Part shown: in pieces, positions 35,489-45,800 of the stretch
Numbering within the stretch: the stretch's first letter is position 1
Layout: every line of letters starts with the position of its first letter
Source of the DNA: Setoptus koraiensis
Lineage: Eukaryota > Animalia > Arthropoda
DNA length: 64,000 nt
Assembly: GCA_048013815.1 (NCBI GenBank)
Contig: CM106585.1
Coordinates: forward strand, 3,596,001-3,660,000
Direction: 5' to 3'
Notes under the pieces: generated by a model
Databases searched by the model: none
The model's input: the letters and a program-made list of their open reading frames with translations, nothing else
What the model was told of the DNA's origin: nothing
Program-made: the position numbers and the translations under genes

Positions 35489-36293
35489 AGAAATTTCGGG
35501 TGTACTGGAGAATAGCGCCGCACTCCAAATTGTATGAAACTCAACACACGGGCCCGCAGGGCCCCCTGACAAATATTTTAGTAGTCCGGAAGTGCGGAAA
35601 CTTCCGGTTCCGGTTTTACATAGACTTGCAAATACAGCTTTGAGACTGGGCATACAGCCTAATTTGACTGTGGTGAGCACATGGGAGTCATTTTAATATC
35701 TGTTGGACTTCCGGTTTTTGAGATAATGAGCGATAGTAATGGAATTCGACAGTAGACAGTCTGTTGCACAACCTGCTTTCGTGTATGGATTGCAGTCATG
35801 TGAGCGGAGGGTAGAGGGCGCAGCCCGATACCCGAAGCGCTCATCAACCCTACCCGAAGGGTTCCCGTCGCATGCAGTCGTCGCGGGAGCGACGACGGAG
35901 ATGTGACGGCCTCCAAATTACGAGGCCGCAGGCCGAGTTCTCAGAACAATCTCAGGCTCATGTTTGAGTGCAGCGAAGCTCAAATTTGCCGAAAGGCTGT
36001 TGTTGGTCAATCTGTAGGCCTTTTTATTGGATATCTTCTTACCCAGATCGGTTCGGAATAAGTTTGTCCACCAAAAAATAGTAAAGATACCTCAAAAAAT
36101 ACCCCAGAAATCGCTATCGTTCGTCGGGTATCGAGAAACGCCTCCCGTGCGGCACCTCGGTTATCTCGGGAACTAGAAATTTCCGCACTTCCGGATTACC
36201 TATCCTAGCACCAGGGTACGATACCCTACCCAAAAATACCCAAAATACTTCGAAAAAAGTGCGGCGCTATTCTCCAGTATAACCGAAATTTCT
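35489..36293. mobile_element. Degenerate inverted-repeat (MITE-like) element with a GC-rich multi-hairpin core
   Basis: AGAAATTTCGGGTGTACTGGAGAATAGCGCCGCACT (35489-35524) is inverted to AGTGCGGCGCTATTCTCCAGTATAACCGAAATTTCT (36258-36293). A second pair TCCGGAAGTGCGGAAA (35585-35600) / TTTCCGCACTTCCGGA (36180-36195) has matching spacing. No TSD found. Confidence 0.65.
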
Positions 36294-37035
36294 CTCAGAG
36301 TCGCTGATTTGCGAGATATTCTGGTCGGAAATCGATTTCGTTGAATGTTCTCAATGTAGGTCCTGATTGTTCAATTAATTGGGTGTCTTGTTCGACAATT
36401 TCGCTCAATTCTTCAGCAGGAAAAAGCATACAAAGCATTAGTCACACTATAGGTTTATTTCTCTGAAATCGACCCCTCCTAAAATGAGTGTTCCTTGTAA
36501 GTTAGTAGTTACTACTAAAAGATAAGACGGTAGTGTGAATACTTTCCAGCAACTTCTATTGGTTACTTATTAAATGGTTATCAATGAGCTTTGCGACTCT
36601 CTTGTAGCAACAAGTGAACTATATTTGTTTGGACGCGGGCATAGTTGGGCCGAAAATGCGTTCTGCATAAGAGAAGCACGTATCAAAACTGCATGCGAAG
36701 ATAGAAATTGGTCGCCTCGTTGCGAGCATCAAATCTGTACAAAACCAAGCGAGCTCCTCATCACCAAATGAAGAATTGCAACTAGAAAGGGAACCTGAAG
36801 CGAGATTCGGCTGTGGAAAGCGCTCATCCCAATAAAACACGGATGGACGCAGAAGTGAGAAATGATGAGTTTCAGTTTTAGTAATTGTAACATTAGTGAG
36901 CGCGATTTTTCAGTCTTACTATTGTTCGGTGTGAATGGGCTTATATAGGGATAAGAACCCTTATAAGTCGCGCGTGGTGTTAATTGATAATTTGGGCCAA
37001 TTGAAGCCAATGAAGGCCAAAATCCATCTTCATTC

Positions 37036-37156
37036 TTACCATTGGTGTTTAACCAAATCGATCCACTCGTACACAGGACCTCCATACACGGCTACCATCA
37101 AGGTATAACCCAGCTTAAAATTCCCTTCAACTATCACGCCACTGACTTCCCACGCG
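37036..37156 (-). CDS. C-terminal fragment of a third, more divergent serine protease paralog, truncated by the assembly gap
   Basis: Translates AWEVSGVIVEGNFKLGYTLMVAVYGGPVYEWIDLVKHQW*, homologous to KWVLNGVITTGDNIASTTMVVVYESPVLEWIDSVRGTW*. Followed by the same TAA-GA-ATGAAGATGGATTTT downstream sequence. Confidence 0.85.
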
Positions 37157-37250
37157 NNNNNNNNNNNNNNNNNNNNNNNNNNNNNNNNNNNNNNNNNNNN
37201 NNNNNNNNNNNNNNNNNNNNNNNNNNNNNNNNNNNNNNNNNNNNNNNNNN
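37157..37250. other. Assembly gap (94 N)
   Basis: Run of N. About 1 kb of protease copy 3 is missing, so the true gap is probably larger. Confidence 0.99.
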
Positions 37251-37451
37251 CTGTGCCGATCGAATGTGTTTGAATTTTATCACTGAAGAGAAAATCAGCT
37301 ACGATTCTTAAATAACCTTTATTGAATGTTAAACCAGTTATGACAGTGTAGTTTTGGAAATGTTAATTCTCGACTTGTCCACCCGTATTGAGTTATATGG
37401 ACACCATCATGCAAGCGTGCCTAAATAACAGGTAAATCGGCAACCAACGGT

Positions 37452-38352
37452 CTAACCAATGAGTCCACCGGCGCCTCCTTTGGCCGCCTTCACTCCACCA
37501 CCAGCACCCGCCGCGGCGGCTTTTTTGAATCCCGCAGCTCCTTTGGCGCTGGCCTTAAATCCTGTGGCTCCTTTGCCTGCTGCGGCAAATCCCTTGGCGC
37601 CACCGGCGCCCTTCTTGGCAAAACCGGCAGCTCCGGCGCCAGCAGCGAAACCTTTCTTCGCCACAAATCCTTTTTTTGCTCCGCCTGCCGCCCCAAAAGC
37701 GCCGGCCTTGCCAAATTTGAATCCTTTGCTCAGGCCGAACTTCTTGACGGCAGCAGAACTCTTCGAGTAGCCTGCTCCAAATTTACCAATTTTGCCTCCC
37801 TTCTTTCCGAATTTCTTTGCGTATCCCGATGAAAGAGCGCCACCTTTCGAAGCTGCGCCCTAATCAACATGACATAACAATTTTTTCCGAACGTTAATTG
37901 TGAACCGAGTTGAATAGTTTGAAGACATAATACAGTGATTAGCTCACTTACCTTCTTGAATCCTGCTGCTCCGCTAGCAAAACCTTTGGCGCCCCCCTTT
38001 GCTCCTGCCGCAGCTCCCTTGAAGCCAGCGGTGGACGCTCCGGCACTCTTGAATCCGGCGGCACCCGCGGCTGCCTTTCCCCCTTTGGCCACTACCACAC
38101 CGCCTGCCGCGGCGCCCTTGGCAATTGACTCGGCCGGCTCCAGTTGGGTTTGGGCCCCTATTATGCAGGCCAGCATCAATACTACGACACTCGTGCACAA
38201 CACTAGTAACTTTCTTGATGACTTATTCTAGATAATTGAGAACACGACAAAATATTGAGACGATGATGTGAAGGCTCAACAAAGAGTTTCAATTTGAAAG
38301 ATATCTCGATGAAACAATACATTATTTACACAAAACTTACTGAGAAATGCAT
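37452..38352 (-). CDS. Secreted Gly/Ala/Lys-rich low-complexity structural protein, 3 exons (38341-38352, 37952-38227, 37452-37859), 231 aa
   Basis: Exon 1 ACC-ATG CAT TTC TCA|GTAAGT; acceptor ATTATCTAG|; hydrophobic leader RKLLVLCTSVVVLMLACIIGA; donor AAG|GTAAGT; acceptor TGTTGATTAG|. All introns phase 0 (113 and 92 bp). The mature part is built of AAGFK/AKGF/KKGGAG-type repeats. Confidence 0.88.
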
Positions 38353-39493
38353 GGTGATTCAAACGGTGATTTTTGTGTTTGCTTCTTTGCTTCAATGTTT
38401 TCTTGGCAACTCTTCTGTCAGATGGTTACTGCTGCGACTATCTATCGCAACAACTTCGTGACTGATATCCTTCGATGTCCTCAACAATAAACGTGATTGT
38501 TTCCAGCTGCAATTACTGTCAACGATTGTTTGCATTCTCATTGGCAAATTTTTAAATGTATATGTCAGATGCGAACGATAAAATGCGTGATCATCTGAGA
38601 GTGAAATAACTAATGCGATTATTTCTTATTGAATTCTACGAGAAGGCTGACCATTCGAGATCAAGTTCACAGAAATAGTAGTAACAGTTTATTAATTATC
38701 TAGTGAGTTATGGAATGACGCCAAAATTATCACTGCCACAAATCTGAAATTCACTCAACTTTATTTTTAGTCGCAACATAACACTTCGTAAATAGTGTCA
38801 CTTCCGATTCGAGTACCACTGCAGCATTGTTTGTAGTAAACTTGAAACAATAATTAAGTTGTGCGGTGCATAAAAATTGAACATTCTGATTGATCACTGC
38901 AACATTGTCGCTAAACAACAGTGATTGTCTAGAATAATAACCAGTTCACTAGATCATATTTACACCAACTGTCAACAATTAAATAAACTCGTTTCGTGTG
39001 GACTTTTCAGCAACTAGTGTCAACAATGATAACTGTCACCAAAATTAAGCGCCACTAAACAAAGCCGCCCTGAATGTGCTCGCCAGAGACTGCAAGTCAA
39101 TTCATGAACAATTCTCATAACTAACAACTTATGGTTTATATGAGCTAACCAACTTGTTTAGTGGCGCTTGCAAGTGCTGCTCCTTCCCTCTGACTCCAAC
39201 GACCTAGACAAAACTATGACTACAAAGCTCAATTTTGTTGTACAACTTATGTATGCCTGGTCACAAGTTTAGAACATGGAGGCCAGACTAACGAGATATT
39301 GAATGTCGGCTTCCGGTTTGTCCGGTCAATGCCGTATAACGGTGACGCAAGATGAGATGGATATAGCATCGCCACCAGTTTGAATTGTAACGCTGCTAAA
39401 GTTAGTTATGAGTAGTTGGTGACATATTGACATAGCAACACCCCAATAATAGGCGAAGAGAAGTTGCGTTTAACAGCTCGGATATCTGCATGA

Positions 39494-39573
39494 CACGGGA
39501 TGGAATAAATACTATTTATTGAATACTATTTATTGAATAGTATTTATTGAATAGTATTTATTCCTCAACTGTG
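39494..39573. repeat. Palindromic mini-element made of four 14-bp units (AATACTATTTATTG x2, AATAGTATTTATT x2)
   Basis: GGAATAAATACTATT ... AATAGTATTTATTCC inverted ends, with CAC...GTG outer termini. Confidence 0.75.
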
Positions 39574-39777
39574 AATAGTTTTGCTGAAGCTAGATGGCGC
39601 GAGCGGCATTCGAAAAGTCAACATACTGGCAATCAAAATGTTGCATTGGATCAACGGTCTAGGCAATGATGTAATAACAATATGTACACAAAACCACATG
39701 ACCCATTACGCTTGCAGGTAAACTTACATTATATGGGGAGCTGTATGAAGAGATTAAATAAATTATCCTTAGCTATA

Positions 39778-39780
<3 letters not shown>

Positions 39781-39824
<44 letters not shown>
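39781..39824. repeat. (GA)n microsatellite
   Basis: About 22 uninterrupted GA units. Confidence 0.95.
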
Positions 39825-39828
<4 letters not shown>

Positions 39829-42800
39829 TTTTATTTTACAGTTAGTCTGTTTCACATGTGACGGTTGGTAATAGAAAGTGAAGCGATAGAATCAAGTATT
39901 GCTAATTTGCATAACTTGTTAGCTGTCCGGCGTATGGTCAGTTATGGTCTGATGGAGATCTGTCCGATCAATTTTCAATCATTTCTTTTGTCGCGCGATC
40001 TAGGTAAATATCTGTGAATAACGTTAATAATATTACAAACTATTTGGTCGTTTGCTTCAATAATAACACAGCACACAGATGAATAATAAAAGATAGAGCG
40101 ACAGAGAAAAAGAATCATGTAGATAAGTCACGACAATTCCTTTTCCTTGTGTCAAATGCAACAACTACAAGAGCACACACAAACACATTACATAATACAA
40201 CAAGTACAAGCAAAACTACACTTGGTCAGCACAACAAACCAACTTTGATTTTATCAGTTGTGTTTAGTAATGATGGCGAGATGGCAATAGAAAGTAACAT
40301 CATTATGCATTGATTCGTGCCTCGTTGTTATATAGAGCATCTCGCAAGCTTGCGCTGGCTTGCGAGCCAGTGGCCAAACAAGCTCAAGTGGCAATTGCAA
40401 TGCAGTCCCATTTGATTCAATAGGTAACTCGATCTGAGCCGAGCCGAGCCAAGCCAAGTGGATCAGATGAGATCGAATCGGACAGAATCGGACAGAATCG
40501 GACAGAATCGGATAGAATTGGATTAGATCGGATGGAAGGAGGTCAGTGAGACGACGGCGACGACGAGAGGCGCGACCGAACAATAATTCATGCAGTCTCA
40601 TTGGCTCAGTGTGAGTAGACACGACATATCATTGGCGGATCGTGGCGCTTATATGCAAATCACTGTGCGTCGTCTATGTGGAAACGGCAACACGAGAAAC
40701 GGAACATCTAGAGAGAGTGGCAATGGAAAACATTCCAGCTAAGCAAACAACAATGCGGCCGAGATTGATTCTTGTTTCAGGTCACACAAAAATGGCCGGC
40801 GATTTTTATATCTGTGTGTCGTTATATCTGTCATTATATCTGGCGTTGTTGTCGCTGAACTGGACGCCGTCTGCTGCAACTGGCAAGGGCCCGACGTGTG
40901 GTTGTCGCTGGGAACGAGCGAAAACGAATCGAGCCACCAAGCCAAAGGCGAAGAAGCCCATGAAGAAGAGGCCGTCGTTGTCTCAAATGGAAAGAGAGAG
41001 TCGCAATGCTCGAAATGTGTCTATTATCACCGTGGCGCCAATTGTGTAAGCCAGAAAAGTTGATCGTTGCTGCCACACACCCGGCCATCGCTCTCTTGGT
41101 GATATTTTCACTATTTAGTCAGTGGTTCTGGTCACTGGTCACTCGCTGCATTACGCAATATTCGAGCCAAAAAACATAAAATACAATTTAATATAATGTA
41201 ATGACGATGCTGATGATGTGTGAATAATTAGACGCTGACCACTCTCAACTTGGTCAGCTCTATTTGTGTGTGCAGCTTGCTAAAAAAGGTAGTTTGCATA
41301 AAACTGTTTTGCATAGTCAACATGAATAGACATAAATAGTTGGTGGCTTCTTAACGAGTGAAATAACCACAAAAATGTGACTATTTTACCCCGCCAAAAC
41401 CCGTTAAGACCTCTAACTGGAAAGGTCGACTGGTCATCGTTACATCATAAAAAGAATGCTCCGTACAGCCACCATCAGACAGACTCATATAAGTTGGTTG
41501 TCGTAAGCGGTGGTTGGATTTGGTTGATTGTTGTGCCAACCGCACGCGTAAACCACATAAGAGCGACATGAGAGCGACATGAGAGCGACATGAGAGCGAT
41601 GACAATAAATAAATGATATGCACACACATCGCATACAACAACAAACCAACAACTTCAATATAACGGAACGCAGTCGTTATATTGAAGCCGTATTAAGTTG
41701 CCTGGTCGCAATTGCCGGCAATTGAAAAGATGAATGAATAAATGATAATAATTCTATTCGATTGCATTCATATGCAAATGCAAATCTGTGAATTTATTCT
41801 GAATTTATAACAACAGCTAGCTATCATTTGCATCGAGCTAGATAAGGCTAGATAAGAACACAGCAAACAGGCTTGTTGTCATGTCGGCTTGTGGGCGCCA
41901 ATTTATAAGATGCATCACACATAACAACTAGACACATGGATAATCACTTGTCCATTACGTAACAGCAACAAGCAAAGAAGCGGCTAAAAAGAACAACAAA
42001 CATCGTTATGATTTACATCTACATACATTAACGTGTATGCACAAATATTATTATATCTACTTGTTTACATTTGCATAAGATGATGATGATCTCTTGTCTG
42101 TGCCGGTGTCGACCTGGTTTTGGTGAGTCGAGCAACAGCGACAACAACATTAGTTGTTGCTGTTGTCGTTGTTGTGATCATCGTTGTTCTGCAAACACTT
42201 TAACAAAAGTGCAACAGCAACAGTTAGTGAGGCAAGGGGAAACAAGTGGCGGCTTGTGTGAGAAGATGTCACTGATTGAAATGAACTCTATTTCTCACGG
42301 GTTCAAAGCTTCTTCGTTTCGACCAAAAATGATTCTCAGCCAGCTTCTTCTTCTTCGCAGCAGCAGCAGCAACAACAACAACAACAACACTTAGCGCAAC
42401 AAGCTTGCCGGCTCCCAACAAAATCAGCCGAGAATAAGAAGAAGAAGAAGCAAATTAGAGGAATTGGCCAAAAGAAACCAAACCAAAGTAACCGCAACAA
42501 ATGATGATCACATCTGTTGTATCTGTTCATGTTGCCATTTATACGGCCTAATGTTGTTGTCGTTGTCTTGTCGTAACAATGATAACAATAATAATAATGA
42601 TAGCAATACGCAGCAACATTATCCCATTATTAGTGGTGGATATTTATAGTTCAAATTATAATTATCGTCATTATCATTACGATGTGTGACATCTTATCGG
42701 ATGGCATCATCTCACATATGATATATTGTCATGTGAGCGGTGCCGGCGCAAACAATCGTAACAGTCCAATCAATCGAGCAACAGTTGGCACACAACAGGT

Positions 42801-45800
42801 TAACCTGTTAACTTGTTTTTGCAGTGATACGGCCGGCAGTTAGATAAAAGATAAACAACGGCTACTATATCAGCCATAGTCGCCATATATAAACATTTGT
42901 CGCACGATTCTGGCCAGACATTTGTGGCGCGAAACAATGAAGATATGATGCCTCAATGAACGCAGCTAAATTCAATTGCTTGCTGTAGTAGCCACAGTTT
43001 GAGCCCATAATTGCCGCACCAATCGACTCACTGATTGTTTGGCACATTGTGTGTATGATTGCGTCATTTTGCCAGTCAATTTGCATTGCGTTATCTCCTG
43101 CTCCGTTATCTGGTCCCCTGTTTTACCTGTGTGTGTGTGTAGCAAAGTGCCAGGTACACACACACACACAGGTAAGAGACAAAAGTGTAAGTGCAAGTGT
43201 TTTGTTTGGGCCACTTTCTATTGCCGCTATTCACATTTAAGATATACTTTTTTCAATAATATGTAAATTGTATAGCCAGTACAGTAATTGTTATTGTTAC
43301 AATTATTGTTATTGTGTCTTTATTCTGTCGTTGGCTGACTCGTTTGAACTTATTGCTTACAAAGCAATTATTTTGAGGCACCCGTTCATATCTGGCTAGC
43401 ACTGGTGCATTGGTTTTCTTTTTCTGTTTGCATCTCATCTCATCCTATTGCGATTCTATTTTTGTTGTTTGTCTCTACTGGTTTTTTTTCTTCTTCAGCT
43501 AGCTTTATTGCAACGCTTGCGAGTAGTTTTTGCTTGTCCAATGTTTAAACTCACTTCTAATAATAGCCATGCAACCCGCATCGATGCAGTGATAGCTTCT
43601 TTTTTGTCCTCTTTTTCTTTGTCATGTTAATCACTCATTTCGATGTTGTTGTTGTTGTTCTTCGATACTTTACAATACAACTCCGGCAACTTGAATTTCA
43701 ATGCTCATTCCGATACATTTCACATTGTAATATATACAGGTAATATAAACAGAATAGTAATATGAGCAAGCACTTGCACCAGCGTCCCGATACAAACAAT
43801 CAATAATGCAGTCCAAGTGCAATAGTCAATAACATTTCAACAAAGGCAACACCAACAACGGTGCCCACTCGTATAGCTGTAACTAAATAGTTGCTGCATT
43901 CATGCGGCTCATGGCAACTTGCATAAAAACACACCCGCTAATGCCGATAGTGGCCAAGTTGCTCGGTCAAGCCGAATATCCGCAACAATCGTGGCTTACT
44001 CGTGACGTCAATGCGAGCCAATTCGCGTCAATTCGCGATATCGAACGCGGCTCGAAAAAATCCAAATCTACACCGCACACAGCAAGTGAGGGCAAAAGAA
44101 AAGCAAGGACACGACTTGGCTACAATAACTTATTACATAATTATGGCAACAATGACAAAATCAAAGCGCCGCCACGATAATTAATTATCGATGCGGCCTG
44201 AATGTTGTTAGCCAACTGCAATTGAACTGCAACCGAATTGAGCTGACCACTTTATAATGTATTTATACATATTTATATGGATGTGTCCAGCAACTTTTCG
44301 GCCGGCCGCCGAACGATAGTATGGGCAGTCTGTTAATGATAATGATTGATGTAGTTGTGTTGTTTCTGTTGCCGTTGCTATTGCCGTTGCTGTTGCTGTT
44401 GATGCAATGATTATTATGATGCAATTTTAGGAACGAATGAAAATGGTTGAAAAGGGCTCAAATGAAGCCAGCATCGCCGGCATCATCATCGGTATTGAAT
44501 CGGCACAATGATGGTGTTTTTAATCATCATTCACACTCAGATCAATCAAACAAGTGAACTGATGAAATGTCTGTTGCGTCTGTTCTATTTTTTTTTCTCT
44601 CCAACTTTTTACTTCTATTGTTGTTGCATTTTATATAATCCCCTGGCTATTACATAACTACACATAGAGGCATTGGCAAGCTAACTAATGAGCGGACTTG
44701 CTTTTGTTTCTTAGCAACAAAACATCCATCTATTTCTTGTCAAACTATCGCAATAGCACCAAGTCAGCTGGTTGCCTTTGCAGATTTCGCACAATTTGTG
44801 CCGGCGACCCCACGGGCGACCGCAACTCAAAAAGATCACAACAACTGGCTGGCTCGATAACTGTAAACTTTCTCTTGCCGTTTCTGACGTAACGCAGGCA
44901 GCGTGCGAGCAGCAATCAACAGTTTGCAGTGATATTACCATTATTTTCACTCATCATCATCCAGCCAATATATATATATTACAGGTATAACAGTTATATT
45001 GATATTATATTGGATTTGTTGCCATTGGTCATTATGTTTTTCATCATATTGGCCATTTCGACAAAGGTTCGCATGAGTGCATGAGATACTAGCGGCGCCG
45101 CTTGCGCACATTGTTGCCGGTGACGGCCACTGGCGTTGCCAATGGTTACATAATCTCTCTATTTAAGGTGCAAACACACACACACACGATGTGATGCAAT
45201 GCGATGCGATGTTATTTATGATCGATCATCTAGATCAGTGTAAGTTATAACTTTTAAGTGGTTGCTGGCAAAATAACTGTAAGTCCGACAGACATGACCA
45301 TCATTAATAAGAGAGAGACAGAGAGGGCAATGTTGTAATATGTTATCTGTTGGCCAGGTGAGACCAGGCCAGACGACAGGTGAGCGCCGGCCAACAGATA
45401 ACATTGGCAGTTGCTGTTGCAGTTGCTGTTGTGACTCACAACTTGTGAGCGAGCCAGCGAGCTAGCGACGTGAAACAAGCGCAACTAACATTATCTAACA
45501 TTAAACAGCATCATGGTGTAGCCTGGTCATAGCTTGATATTATTACATAACTATCACTATTAGTGTGTCGATGGAGCTGAGTTTAGTTGTTAATCTGGTC
45601 GATGTGATGCTTCGCTTTTTCGCCGCTTTTGCGATTGGTTGCACCATCAGCATGGGCACACTACATGCCGATTGTTTGTTGGCCGGCGCTGTGTTTTAGT
45701 TCATACGTTGTCTGATTGTTGTGTCGTTGTTTTTGTTGTTGGCCTCGCTCTCTTTGCTTGTCGTTGCTCTCTCTTGCCATGTGTTTCTCGCTGTGCCGAC

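Noticed and set aside
41309-41330. TTGCATAGTCA, matching the first 11 nt of miR-153 as I recall it
   Set aside because: The 3' half diverges and there is no complementary arm to form a precursor.
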